Source: Armatimonadota bacterium (lineage in GTDB: Bacteria; Armatimonadota; UBA10988). Taken from it: a stretch of DNA of 64,000 bases. The stretch spans positions 1 through 64,000 of the forward strand of contig JACRKZ010000069.1 of the NCBI GenBank assembly GCA_016235455.1, written 5' to 3'. The position numbers were made by a program, and so were the translations under genes. This document shows positions 10,788 to 20,949 of the stretch, in pieces (position 1 is the stretch's first letter; every line of letters starts with the position of its first letter). Below the pieces are notes generated by a model. The model was not told where the DNA came from, ran no database searches, and was given only the letters and a program-made list of their open reading frames with translations.

Positions 10788-13451
10788 ATGATTCGGCGAC
10801 TGGTGTGGGGTGTGGTGGTCACCGGCGTGATCTGGCTGCTTCTGGCTCACGCCACTGAGCTGCGGCATGTGCTGGAGGCTTGTGCACAGGCCAGGCCCGG
10901 TTGGCTGGCCGTGGCCGTACTGCTGCAGGTGGCCTACCAGTTCGCCTACGCCGGCATCTACCAGACCGCCATGGCCGCGTTCGACGTGCGCATCCCCTTG
11001 CCGCGCATGACGGCGGTCTTCCTGGGCGCGCTGGCGCTCAACTTCGTGGCGCCCGGCAGCGGCAACGCGCTGTTCGTCACCGAGGCCAGCCGGCGCGGGC
11101 TGTCGGCCTCGCGCGCGGCCGCCGGCGCGGTGCTGGTACGCGTCGTCGACTTCGCCACGTTCGCGCTGCTGGTGATCTATGCGCTCATCTACCTGGCCGT
11201 CCGGCATGATCTCTACGCCTACGAGCTGGCCGGCGGCGTGGGGCTGGTGGTGGTCATCGCCGGCTGGGCGCTGCTGCTGGTACTGGGTATATGGTGGCCG
11301 GCGGCGTTGCTGCGGTTGCTCGGCTGGGTGAGCCGGCTCGTGGCTTGGGTCAGCGCCCGCATGGGCAAGCCGTCGCCGTTGGACGAGGGCTGGGCGCAGC
11401 GCATGACCGATGAGTACGGCGACGCGGCCAAACTGGCGGCCGATGAGCCCAGGCGCCTGTTGCCACCCGTGTGGGTGTCGCTGCTGGCCCATGCCATCGA
11501 CCTGCTCAGCCTGGGCGCACTGTTCGCCGCGTTCAGCCAACCGGCCCATCCCGGCCTGATCATCACGGGCTTCACCATCGCCGTGCTCTTCTGGATCGTG
11601 GCCATCACGCCCCAGGGCGTCGGTGTGGTCGAGGGCAGCATGGCCTTCGTCTACCATTCGCTGGGCGTCGAGGTGGCCACCGCCACCAGCATCGCCCTGG
11701 CCTTCCGCGCGTTGACCTTCTGGCTGCCCATGCTCGCCGGCTGGCTGGCGCTGCCCCGCGTGGCGCAGCGGCCGCGCTTGGTCGGCCGGCCGCGGACCTG
11801 GCCGGCGAGCCTGGGTGCGGTGCTCTGCGCGGCGATGGGCCTGGTCAACGTGTTGTCGGCGGTCACGCCCTCGCTGGCCAGCCGCTGGATGCTGATCGAG
11901 CAACACCTGCCCACCACTCTGCACCGCGGCGGCCGCTTGACCGCGGCCCTGGCCGGGTTCGCGTTGTTGTGGCTGGCGCAAGGCCTGGCCCGGCGCAAGC
12001 GAGTGGCCTGGGCCGGCGCGCTGGTGGCGCTGGTCGTCTCGGTGTTGGCCAACCTGATCAAGGGCCTCGACTACGAGGAGACGCTGCTCTGCTGCGCGCT
12101 GCTGACCTATCTGGTGGTCTACCGTCACTGGTTCCACGCCAGCTCCGACCGGCCGTCGGTCTATGGAGCACTGCGGCTGGTGGGCGCCGCTCTGGCGTTC
12201 ACACTGCTCTACGGCGTGCTCGGGTTCTACCTGCTCGACCACCACTTCCACACCAACTTCGGCCTGCGCGCGGCCGTTCGCCAGACGCTGGTGATGTTCG
12301 TCGAGTACTACGACCCTGGGCTGCAGCCGGTCACGCGGTTCGGCCGGCACTTCGCCGACTCCATCTACTGGATCGGCGCGCTCACCACCGGCTACGCCTT
12401 CCTGCTGTTGCTGCGGCCGGTGCTGGTGCGCAGCCCGGCGACCGCCGACGAGCGGCGTCGCGCGGCCGAGATCGTCGCCGCCCATGGCCGCTCGGGTCTG
12501 GCCCGCTTCTGCCTGTTCGACGACAAGCGCTACTGGTTCAGCCCCGGTGGCAGCGTCGTGGCCTTCACGGTCAAGGGCCGCGTGGCGTTGGCCCTGGGCG
12601 ATCCCATTGGGCCCGAGGCCGACCTGCCCGCCGCCATCACCGCTTTCAGCGAGCACTGTCAGCGCATGGACTGGCGGCCAGCGTTCTACGAGACGATGCC
12701 CGACCTGCTGCCGGCGTACCAGGCCGCCGGCCTGCACGCGCTGTGCATGGGCCATGCCGCGGTCGTCGACCTGGCCGCCTTCAGCCTGGAGGGCAAGGCC
12801 TTCAAGAACCCTCGCAACACGCTCAACCGCTACACCAAGGAGGGTTGGACGGCCAAGGTCTTCGGGCCGCCGTTGCCGCCCGAGCTGATCGAGGATCTGC
12901 GCGAGATCAGCAATGAGTGGCTGTCGATCAAGCGCGGCAACGAGAAACAGTTCGCGCTGGGCTGGTTCGACCCCGACTATCTGCGCGGCTGCCAGACCAT
13001 GGTGGTGCTCGATCCCGATGGTCGCCCGCGGGCCTTTGCCAACCTGGTGCCCGAGTACCAGCGCAATGAAGCCACCATCGACCTGATGCGCCACGAGGAG
13101 GACGTGCCGTCGAACGCCATGGAGTACCTGTTCACCTCGCTGCTGCTATGGGCCAAGGAGCAGGGCTACGACAGCTTCGACCTGGGTCTCAGTTCGCTGG
13201 CCGGCGTGGGCGACGAGCCCGGCGATCCGGCCCTGGAGCGTGTGCTGGGCCTCATCTATGAGCATGTGAACCGGTTCTACAACTTCAAGGGCCTGCACAC
13301 CTTCAAGTCCAAGTTCGGCCCCCGCTGGGAGCCGCGCTACCTGGTCCACGCCGGCGCCGCCGCCCTGCCCGCGGTCTGGACCGCCATCATGCGGGCCAAC
13401 GGCGGCGAGGACTTCGCTCGAGCCTACCTGCATCGTAGTTGCAGTAGCTAA
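10788..13451 (+). CDS. mprF: MprF-like bifunctional aminoacyl-phosphatidylglycerol flippase/synthase
   Basis: N-terminal LPG-synthase TM region (ITPQGVGVVEG), further TM helices, and a DUF2156 domain (ALGDPIG, IDLMRH, FYNFKGLHTFKSKFGPRWEPRYL). Confidence 0.85.
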   Translation: MIRRLVWGVVVTGVIWLLLAHATELRHVLEACAQARPGWLAVAVLLQVAYQFAYAGIYQTAMAAFDVRIPLPRMTAVFLGALALNFVAPGSGNALFVTEASRRGLSASRAAAGAVLVRVVDFATFALLVIYALIYLAVRHDLYAYELAGGVGLVVVIAGWALLLVLGIWWPAALLRLLGWVSRLVAWVSARMGKPSPLDEGWAQRMTDEYGDAAKLAADEPRRLLPPVWVSLLAHAIDLLSLGALFAAFSQPAHPGLIITGFTIAVLFWIVAITPQGVGVVEGSMAFVYHSLGVEVATATSIALAFRALTFWLPMLAGWLALPRVAQRPRLVGRPRTWPASLGAVLCAAMGLVNVLSAVTPSLASRWMLIEQHLPTTLHRGGRLTAALAGFALLWLAQGLARRKRVAWAGALVALVVSVLANLIKGLDYEETLLCCALLTYLVVYRHWFHASSDRPSVYGALRLVGAALAFTLLYGVLGFYLLDHHFHTNFGLRAAVRQTLVMFVEYYDPGLQPVTRFGRHFADSIYWIGALTTGYAFLLLLRPVLVRSPATADERRRAAEIVAAHGRSGLARFCLFDDKRYWFSPGGSVVAFTVKGRVALALGDPIGPEADLPAAITAFSEHCQRMDWRPAFYETMPDLLPAYQAAGLHALCMGHAAVVDLAAFSLEGKAFKNPRNTLNRYTKEGWTAKVFGPPLPPELIEDLREISNEWLSIKRGNEKQFALGWFDPDYLRGCQTMVVLDPDGRPRAFANLVPEYQRNEATIDLMRHEEDVPSNAMEYLFTSLLLWAKEQGYDSFDLGLSSLAGVGDEPGDPALERVLGLIYEHVNRFYNFKGLHTFKSKFGPRWEPRYLVHAGAAALPAVWTAIMRANGGEDFARAYLHRSCSS

Positions 13452-13551
13452 TCCATCCTGTTGGGACCAGATGTAACCGACAGGACCCGGCGGCTCTCCT
13501 TGGCAGACAAGTGGCCCCGATGACAGTGCCGGTGGGGTCGAGGAGGTCGTA

Positions 13552-13977
13552 ATGGACAACGAACAGACGCCGAAGCGCTTCAGCTTCCGGGCGTTCACGT
13601 CGATGGTGGTCATGTTCTCGTTTGCCGTGGTGGCGTTGAGCGGGCTGATCATGCTGCTCTGGCCGGGCCGCAGCACCCAGAGCGTGTTGGGTTTGGGCCG
13701 ACATACCTGGTCGGGCATGCACGAGTGGGTCTGCGTGCTCACCGTCATCGCCGCGGCCGTGCATCTTTGGTACAACTGGCGCAGTGTCGTCGCCCATGTG
13801 ACGCGGCGGCGCGGCCCCATCCGCAGCGAGTGGATCGTGGCGCTATGCCTCACCGCCGTCGTGGCAGCCGGCGCGTTCCTGGGTGGCGGTGAAGGCGGTC
13901 GCCCGCCGGGCGGGCCACCCATGGCCGACGGTGGACCCGGTGGGCCCGGTGGACCGCCGCCGGGAGACGACGGGTAG
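13552..13977 (+). CDS. DUF4405-like membrane protein
   Basis: LSGLIML..LGLGRHTWSGMHEW..HLWYNW with paired His; Gly/Pro tail; RBS AGGAGG. Confidence 0.75.
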   Translation: MDNEQTPKRFSFRAFTSMVVMFSFAVVALSGLIMLLWPGRSTQSVLGLGRHTWSGMHEWVCVLTVIAAAVHLWYNWRSVVAHVTRRRGPIRSEWIVALCLTAVVAAGAFLGGGEGGRPPGGPPMADGGPGGPGGPPPGDDG

Positions 13978-14037
13978 CGCCGCCACGAGCGCAGCACCAC
14001 GGCCCGCTGGCCTCAATCGGCCGGCGGGCCGCGTTGA

Positions 14038-17000
14038 TCATTGGGCCAGTACTCTAAAGCCTACGTCGTACACCTTCTGCCACGGCGCATACGTTCGGCG
14101 CACGCTGGCCCCGGCATCGACCGGTCGATCGGCCCAGGAGCCGCCGCGCGCCACGCCCTCCGCCGTCCACTCGCTGACGTTGCCGACCACGTCGTGCAGG
14201 CCCCACGGGCTTGGCTCGGTCTGGGCCACATAGTCCACCACGTGCCAGGGATCGTTGTAGCGCTCGTCGTGCAGCGGGAAGTTCATCTCTGGCGGATAGG
14301 GGTTGCGCCGCTGCAGCGCGCTCGGCCCGTCATAGCCCATGGCGAACCAGCGCAACGACCTGTCCGCCAGGTTGGCGCAACGTCCCCAGTCGGCTTCCAG
14401 GCCGCCCCACCAGAAGCGCGTGGCGCTGCCGGCTCGCGCGGCATACTCCCATTGGGGCTCGCTGGGCAGCGATACGTGGAGCCCGACCTTCTCGCTCAGC
14501 CACCGACAGAAGCGCTCGGCCTCCTGGCAGGAGACGCGCGCCACGGGCTGGTTGGGGTGGTTGGCGATGTAGCCCGGCACCACGCGGTCCAGCGAGTGCA
14601 TGTCGACATACCGAGTGTCGTGCTCCGGGTCGAAGCGCGCATACTGGCTGTTGGTCACCTCGGTGGTGCCCATCCAGAATGGCTCGGTGACCTTGACCAC
14701 GCGCCGCGGCCGCTCGTCGGGCGCGCCGTCCAGGCTGCCCATGACGAACTCGCCCGCGGGGATCCACGCCAACGTCAGCGTCACGCCATCGCCCAGGCTG
14801 ACCACACGGCGCGCGCCACCCAGGTGGGCCTGCTGCTGCCGCGTGGCTTCGGCCGCCGCCAGCGGGAAGTCGGCGGCCTGCTGACCATCGTCGGTCACCA
14901 GATCCTCCTTGGGCGGCGGCTGGAAGCGCACCGGCGCGCGCTGGGTGAAGGCCGCCTCGACCGCCTGGTACTCCGCCTCGGGGTCGCAGTCGTTCGAGGC
15001 GAAGGTCACCGCCAGCTCGCGCCGCCGTTGGCGCTGGTCGGCCTGCTGGAAGGCTGGTGGCGACCAACGACCGGTGCGCGGCACGTTCAGGTCGATCCAG
15101 GTGTACAGCCGCTCGCGCGACTCGCGGTCCATGCCGGCCAAGGTGACGCCGTGGTGGCCCTTGGTCAGCATCTGCACCACGGGGCTGGTGGTGGCGTGGT
15201 ACTCCATGGGCGTGAGCAGCGCCATGTCGCTCTCCACGCCGGGCCGATGAACATACGGGTGCAGCGTGTCGTACGCCGTGTCGGGCGTGGCGAACGACGG
15301 CTTGCTACGCGGGCCGACCTGGGCCGGGCCGTCGTGGCAACCCTTACAGTAGCGCTCCAGCACCGGATAGACCTCCGGCGCGAAGGCAAACGGCCGCGCC
15401 GGGCCGTACCACGGCGCCAGCGGCTGCGCGGGGCGCCCGCTAGCCAGTGTCAGGCGCTGCGGGATGGCCTCGCCGCGTGACTCATGGCAACCGACGCACG
15501 ACACATGCTCCCCGGGCATGCCCACCAGCCAACTGCGCATGAGTTGCACCGCGCGGCCCTCGGCGTCGACCGGCTGCAGCGACACCGGCGTGTTGGCAGG
15601 TATCTCGAACGACGCCGAGCCATCGGCCTCGACGCTCGCTGTGCCCAGGATGCGCTTGACGTCCCACCCGGCCTGCGTGCCTATCAGCGGGAAGCCCGCG
15701 CGGGCGTTGTAGCCGAAATGGTAGGCGAAGACACGCACCTGCTTCACCGTGCCGCGCGGCACGCCAGCCAGGCCCGGCCCGGCGTAGATGTCCGCGATGC
15801 GCACCTCGGCCGAGCGCTTGTTGGGCGTGATGCGGTCGGGAATGACCGGCGGTCGGGACCGCGCCGAGAGCAGTTGTGGCTCGAACAGCGCGGCGCCCTC
15901 GACCTCGGCGATGAGCGTGCTGTTGTCGAACACATCGACCAGGTAGATGCCCCACAGACTGTCGGGCGTGGGCTTGCGCGAGACCAGGTGGTACTTGCTG
16001 CTCAGCGGGAAGGGGTGCGTGGTCAGCGCCGGGTACTCCGGCCGGTACAGGTGGCCGATGATGGCGTCGCACACGGTGCCCGCGACGGTCTTGCCGCGGC
16101 CGGGCACCAACTGCAGGAAGCCGGTGCGGTCGGCCGGCAGGATGTCGGGCGTAACGGCGATGGGCTGACCCTCGATGCCCCATTCCTTGCTGGCCGGCCG
16201 GAACCGGAACGGGTAGCCGCCGGCCAGGCCGGGGTCGATGACGGCCATGCGCCCGCAGTCGCCGAAGTCATGGTGACCGCTGATGATGCCCACCAGCCGT
16301 GTGGGATGGTCGGGCACCGGCCGGGCGAACCGGAACGCCGTGGGGTACCAGGAGTTGCTGCCATGGATGGCCATCTGGCTGGTGCCATCGGGGTTCATGG
16401 CCATGCGCCGACGCGAGAAGTAGTGCGGGATATCGCTGTACTCCCAGCGCTGATAGAGCACGCGCCCGTCGTTGAGCACGATGGGGTCGTTGTCGCTGTC
16501 CTGGTCGAAGGTGAGTTGCCGCAGGCTGCCCTGGGCCGGGTCACACAGGTAGAGGCTGGCGATCTGGCCGTTGCCATCCAGGCAGGGCAGGCCCTGATAG
16601 CTGCCCGTGGCGCAGACGATGAGGCGCCCGTCGGGCAGGTAGCAACCGTCGAAGAAGTCCAGATCGGGGTAGTCGGTCGGCGTGAGCTGGCGCCAGGTGG
16701 CGCCGTCGGCGGTCACCTCGAACACCGCCCAGCGCCCGCGCGCGTCGATGCCCGAGAAGAGCATCTTCTGACCGCTGTAGTCCAGCCGCACATCGCGCAG
16801 AATGGTGTCGCCCGACGGCCGGTGCAGCCGTTCGGCGCGGGGCGTGCCGCGCAGGTCGCTGAGCAGCGCGATCTCGTTGTCGAACCCGTGCCGCGGCATG
16901 GCCGTCTGGTTGAGGTAGTTGGCCGGCACGAAGCCCGCATCGGCGCCGGTCGCCGCGCGTGCGGCGCCGCCCAGATTGCGCCGTACCACCAGCAGCCGGC

Positions 17001-17745
17001 CACCATCGAGCAGCGGATTGGCCAGCAAGGCCGAGCGCACGCTGTCGAGCAGGCGCCGCGCCGCGCCGAAGTCGGCCTGCGCGCCCGCGGCCAGCAGTCG
17101 TTCGCGCTCGGCGCCCAGGTTGGCCAGCGCCTGCCGGTAGCGAGCCGCGTCGTAGCGCCCGGCAAACGTCGCCGCCAGGTCGTCGATGGCCAGCCGCACG
17201 GCCTCGGGATCGACCTCGCGCAGCGCGGCGAGGATGATCTTGCGTTGCGCGCGCTCGGCTCGCTCCTCGGGCGTCGGCCGCGCCTGCTTCCAGCCGGCGG
17301 GGAAGTCCTCGGCCGTCTCGAAGCGCAACGCGCAGATGTGCGGGAAGGGCCCTCCGCACTCCAGCGCGAGGACGTGCCGGCCCCGCTCGATGCGCAGCTT
17401 GCCCTGCACCTCCCACCGCGCGCTCTTCGTCTGCCAACTGCCGGTCTTGCCGCTGAAGCCGGTGAGCTGGGCCTTGCCATCGAGGCTGATGACCACGGGC
17501 CGCGGATCGGCGGCGGCATAGAGCGCGGACAGCGTGTATTCGGTGGTCAGTGGGAAGTCCAGCTCATACTCGGCGCGGTTGGGCATCGTGCCGGCGTTCC
17601 AGATGCAGGCTGGGCCATCGGCATACTCGCCGCCGGTCTGGCTGACGCGGATGTTGGCCGTGTCGAAGTCGGGCGCGGCGACGGTGAACTCGCCGGCGAC
17701 GGCGGGCAGGGCGAGAAGGGTCAGGAGGAGCCACGTTCGGCGCAT
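14038..17745 (-). CDS. Secreted multidomain protein: CBM-like, TolB-like propeller, HZS-alpha middle-domain-like, two CxxCH, C-terminal FGE-sulfatase (SUMF1) domain
   Basis: Signal peptide; DGRVLYQRWEY; KRILGTASVEADGSASFEIPANTPVSLQPVDAEGRAVQLMRSW; CVGCH and CKGCH; FVMGS, EVTNSQY, LPSEPQWEYAARAG, GNVSEW, RGGSW, VGFRV. Confidence 0.85.
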   Translation of the reverse strand: MRRTWLLLTLLALPAVAGEFTVAAPDFDTANIRVSQTGGEYADGPACIWNAGTMPNRAEYELDFPLTTEYTLSALYAAADPRPVVISLDGKAQLTGFSGKTGSWQTKSARWEVQGKLRIERGRHVLALECGGPFPHICALRFETAEDFPAGWKQARPTPEERAERAQRKIILAALREVDPEAVRLAIDDLAATFAGRYDAARYRQALANLGAERERLLAAGAQADFGAARRLLDSVRSALLANPLLDGGRLLVVRRNLGGAARAATGADAGFVPANYLNQTAMPRHGFDNEIALLSDLRGTPRAERLHRPSGDTILRDVRLDYSGQKMLFSGIDARGRWAVFEVTADGATWRQLTPTDYPDLDFFDGCYLPDGRLIVCATGSYQGLPCLDGNGQIASLYLCDPAQGSLRQLTFDQDSDNDPIVLNDGRVLYQRWEYSDIPHYFSRRRMAMNPDGTSQMAIHGSNSWYPTAFRFARPVPDHPTRLVGIISGHHDFGDCGRMAVIDPGLAGGYPFRFRPASKEWGIEGQPIAVTPDILPADRTGFLQLVPGRGKTVAGTVCDAIIGHLYRPEYPALTTHPFPLSSKYHLVSRKPTPDSLWGIYLVDVFDNSTLIAEVEGAALFEPQLLSARSRPPVIPDRITPNKRSAEVRIADIYAGPGLAGVPRGTVKQVRVFAYHFGYNARAGFPLIGTQAGWDVKRILGTASVEADGSASFEIPANTPVSLQPVDAEGRAVQLMRSWLVGMPGEHVSCVGCHESRGEAIPQRLTLASGRPAQPLAPWYGPARPFAFAPEVYPVLERYCKGCHDGPAQVGPRSKPSFATPDTAYDTLHPYVHRPGVESDMALLTPMEYHATTSPVVQMLTKGHHGVTLAGMDRESRERLYTWIDLNVPRTGRWSPPAFQQADQRQRRRELAVTFASNDCDPEAEYQAVEAAFTQRAPVRFQPPPKEDLVTDDGQQAADFPLAAAEATRQQQAHLGGARRVVSLGDGVTLTLAWIPAGEFVMGSLDGAPDERPRRVVKVTEPFWMGTTEVTNSQYARFDPEHDTRYVDMHSLDRVVPGYIANHPNQPVARVSCQEAERFCRWLSEKVGLHVSLPSEPQWEYAARAGSATRFWWGGLEADWGRCANLADRSLRWFAMGYDGPSALQRRNPYPPEMNFPLHDERYNDPWHVVDYVAQTEPSPWGLHDVVGNVSEWTAEGVARGGSWADRPVDAGASVRRTYAPWQKVYDVGFRVLAQ

Positions 17746-17791
17746 CGGGTTGCTCCGCTGCTGAGCAGAGCATAGTCGCTGCGTACTGTCG

Positions 17792-17821
17792 GGCGCAAGC
17801 GGGAGGCCGGCCGCTTGCGCC
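17792..17821. other. 11-bp inverted repeat hairpin in divergent intergenic region
   Basis: ggcgcaagcgg-8 nt-ccgcttgcgcc. Confidence 0.4.
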
Positions 17822-18032
17822 GCAATCTACAGGCATCCGCCGAGCGTTCTATGCAGGTCGCCAAGGGTGATGCGCCTTGTGCCCGATTGCCCTTGCGGGC
17901 TGCGGCCTTAGCATGGCTATGCCAGAACAAGCAGTCAGCCGGCCCGCTCGCCGTCCATGGCCCCACTGGGGGCTGATCAGCAGACCGAGTGGGACGAGGC
18001 GTCGGCGGGCAGGGCGTTGGGCGGAGTAGACC

Positions 18033-18770
18033 ATGAGTCAAGGCATCAAAGGCAAAGTCGTCGTCATCACGGGTGCGAGCAGTGGGCTGGGCGAGGCGAC
18101 GGCTCGCCTGCTGATCGAGCACGGCGCGATGGTGGTATTGGGTGCCCGGCGCATCGACCGGCTGAAGGCGCTGGCGGCCGATCTGGGCGGCAAGGCGCTG
18201 GCCGTAGCCACCGATGTGACCGATCGCGCTCAGGTACAGCGGCTGGTGGACGCTGCGCTAACGGCGCACGGCCGTGTCGACGTGATGGTCAACAACGCCG
18301 GCCTGATGCCGTTGTCGCTGCTCGAGCGGCTGAAGGTCGACGAGTGGGACCGCATGGTCGACGTGAACATCAAGGGCGTCCTGTACGGCATCGCCGCGGC
18401 GTTGCCGGTCATGCAGCGGCAGAAGTCCGGGCACATCATCAACGTCTCGTCGGTGGCCGGGCATGTGCTGATGCCGGGCGGTGCGGTCTACTGCGCCACC
18501 AAGTTCGCCGTGCGCGCCCTGTCCGAAGGCCTGCGCATTGAGGTCAAGCCGTACGGCATCCGCACGACGATCATCTCGCCGGGCGCGGTGGACACGGAAC
18601 TGCCCGCGACCATCACCGACCCCGACTCCGCGACCAGCATCAACTCGTTCTACGAGCAGGTGGCCATTCCCGCTGACTCGTTCGCGCGCGCCGTGGCTTT
18701 CGCCATGAGCCAGCCCGATGATGTCGACATCAACGAGATCGTCTTCCGGCCCACGTCGCAGACGCTGTGA
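18033..18770 (+). CDS. SDR family oxidoreductase (YdfG-like)
   Basis: [17 protein letters not shown]. Confidence 0.93.
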   Translation: MSQGIKGKVVVITGASSGLGEATARLLIEHGAMVVLGARRIDRLKALAADLGGKALAVATDVTDRAQVQRLVDAALTAHGRVDVMVNNAGLMPLSLLERLKVDEWDRMVDVNIKGVLYGIAAALPVMQRQKSGHIINVSSVAGHVLMPGGAVYCATKFAVRALSEGLRIEVKPYGIRTTIISPGAVDTELPATITDPDSATSINSFYEQVAIPADSFARAVAFAMSQPDDVDINEIVFRPTSQTL

Positions 18771-18792
18771 TCGCTGTGGGCAGGAGACGCGC

Positions 18793-19188
18793 ATGCAGAT
18801 CAGACGTAGTGGCCCGCACCCGCCGGCCAAGGGGCCGGCCGTGCGCTTGGGCGGCAGCCCATGCATCGAACCGCCGCCCGAGTCGGCCGCGCCGGCACGA
18901 GAGGGTGGCGCGCGCGTCACCTTCGAACCCGGATGTCGGACGCCGTGGCACATGCATCCGCTGGGGCAGACCCTGGTGGTCGCCTCCGGCTGTGGTTGGG
19001 TGCAGCACGAAGGCGGTACGATCGAGGTGATCCGGCCCGGCGACGTGGTCTGGCTCGAGCCGGGCGAGCGGCACTGGCACGGCGCCACGGCAACCACCGC
19101 CATGACCCACATCGCCATCCAGGAACAGCTCGACGGCAAGGCCGTCGACTGGCTGGCGCGCGTCGGCGACCTGCGGCACGGCGCCTGA
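18793..19188 (+). CDS. Cupin domain protein
   Basis: VTFEPGCRTPWHMHPLGQTL..IRPGDVVWLEPGERHWHGA..MTHIAIQE; ATG 18793 after AGGAG. Confidence 0.85.
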   Translation: MQIRRSGPHPPAKGPAVRLGGSPCIEPPPESAAPAREGGARVTFEPGCRTPWHMHPLGQTLVVASGCGWVQHEGGTIEVIRPGDVVWLEPGERHWHGATATTAMTHIAIQEQLDGKAVDWLARVGDLRHGA

Positions 19189-19287
19189 TCCGGCTCGACG
19201 AACCAGCGCACGGGCTGCTTGACCGTAACCTGTCCGCGGCGTGCGGCGGCTCAACGGCGAAGTCAGACTTGTCACGGAGGCATTCGC

Positions 19288-20130
19288 ATGGAACAGCGCA
19301 CCTGGCTCATCACCGGCGCCAACAGCGGCTTTGGCCGCGAGTTGGCGGAGCAGCTACTGGCACGAGGCGACCGGGTCGTCGGCACGGTCCGCGACGCCGG
19401 CAAGGTCGCCGATCTGCTCCATCGCTACCCCGACACGTACCGCGCCGAACTGCTCGATGTGACCGACACGGCGGCGATCACCCAGGTCGTCGACCGCTCG
19501 TTCGCCGAGCTGGGCCGCATCGATGTGGTCATCAGCAACGCCGGCTACGGCCTGTTCGGCGCCGCCGAGGAGCTGGCCATAGAGCAGATCGAGCACATCG
19601 TGGCGACCAACCTCATCGGGTCGATCCAGCTCATCCGCGCCGCGCTGCCGCATCTCCGGGCACAGGGCGGAGGACGCATCATCCAGATCTCCTCCTACGG
19701 CGGCCAGGTGGCCTTCCCCGGCAACTCAATGTATCACGCCACCAAGTGGGGCATCGAGGGCTTCGTGGAGTCCGTCGCCCAGGAGGTCGCCGCCTTCGGC
19801 ATCGGCGTGACCATCGTGGAGCCCGGCGGCGCCCGCACCGAGTTCCGTCGCGGCGGCGTGCGGCCACCCGAACTCCTGCCCGCGTACGCCGACACGCCGG
19901 CACACAGCTTCCTGAAGTTCCTCGATCCCGCCAGCGGCCCGGCCGCGGGTGACCCGGCCCGCATGGCCGCGCGTATCATCGAGAGCGTCGACACAGAGCC
20001 GGCGCCACTGCGCCTGGTGCTCGGCTCACAGGCGCTGGCGCGGACGATAGAGACGTTGCGCGCGCGGATCGCCGGCTTTGAGGCGCAGGCCGAGATCGCC
20101 GCCTCGACCGACTACCCGCCTGGGGAGTGA
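19288..20130 (+). CDS. SDR family oxidoreductase
   Basis: WLITGANSGFG, SNAGYG, YHATK; RBS GGAGG. Confidence 0.93.
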   Translation: MEQRTWLITGANSGFGRELAEQLLARGDRVVGTVRDAGKVADLLHRYPDTYRAELLDVTDTAAITQVVDRSFAELGRIDVVISNAGYGLFGAAEELAIEQIEHIVATNLIGSIQLIRAALPHLRAQGGGRIIQISSYGGQVAFPGNSMYHATKWGIEGFVESVAQEVAAFGIGVTIVEPGGARTEFRRGGVRPPELLPAYADTPAHSFLKFLDPASGPAAGDPARMAARIIESVDTEPAPLRLVLGSQALARTIETLRARIAGFEAQAEIAASTDYPPGE

Positions 20131-20271
20131 GGGCGCTGGCGGCCGGAGCCAAGCGGGGCGTGCGCTACCCGAGCGGTTCTCTCGGTCGTCGCAGCGCGGG
20201 CGCGGTACAATCGTGTGATGCCATCTGGCCGGCCCCCTGACCGAGTGGGTGCGGTATAGAGACGAGGTGCC

Positions 20272-20889
20272 GTGATGCTATTCGTGGGCTTCGACCCAGG
20301 TGGCAAGAACGCGTTTGGCTGGGCCGTGCTGACCACGGGCATGGACGGCGAGCCGCGGTCGCTGGTCACCGGCTGCTGCGACACAGCCCCGGCGGCGTTC
20401 GGCGGCGCTGCCGGGTCGCTGGCGGCGGCGCCCGCTGCCGTGGGCATCGATGCGCCGCTGTTCTGGGTTGAGGCTGGCGACCGCCGGGCCGACCAGACCG
20501 TACGCCGCGCGGTCATCGCCCACGGCGGGCACAACGGGACAGTCGGTGCCGTCAACTCGTTGCAGGGAGCCTGTCTGGTTCAGGGTATCCTGGTCGCACG
20601 CCACGTTCATGGCACCTGGCCTGCCGTGCCTGTGACCGAGGCGCACCCCAAGGCTCTCCTGCGAGTCGACCCAGCGTCAGCGACCACGATCTCGCGGCTG
20701 ATGCCCGAGTTCGACAACCCGCGCCGCGAGCACGAGCGCGATGCCGCGCTGGCGGCCTACACTGCCGTCGGATGCTTGCTGGCGCGCCCGGGCTGGCGCG
20801 ACTTGGCGCTGGCCGAGGATGGGCCGTTCTTCCCAGCTGGCAGACCGGTGTCCTACTGGTTCCCGTACGCCGCGGCGAGTCTTCCTTAG
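20272..20889 (+). CDS. DUF429 family (RNase H-like fold) putative nuclease
   Basis: FVGFDPGG..GWA; VGIDAPL; VTEAHP; HERDAALAA. Confidence 0.75.
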   Translation: MMLFVGFDPGGKNAFGWAVLTTGMDGEPRSLVTGCCDTAPAAFGGAAGSLAAAPAAVGIDAPLFWVEAGDRRADQTVRRAVIAHGGHNGTVGAVNSLQGACLVQGILVARHVHGTWPAVPVTEAHPKALLRVDPASATTISRLMPEFDNPRREHERDAALAAYTAVGCLLARPGWRDLALAEDGPFFPAGRPVSYWFPYAAASLP

Positions 20890-20949
20890 CCGACGGCCCC
20901 AGGCAGGGATCGGTGTGGACGCAGCCAATGTCCGGTCCCGGAGGCACCC

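Noticed and set aside
14038-17745. Anammox hydrazine synthase or true formylglycine-generating enzyme
   Set aside because: No hzsB/hzsC partners, only a domain-level resemblance, and the FGE catalytic cysteines are absent.
20272-20889. DUF429 gene as a defence system or transposase
   Set aside because: Single gene with no partner, terminal repeats or target duplications visible.
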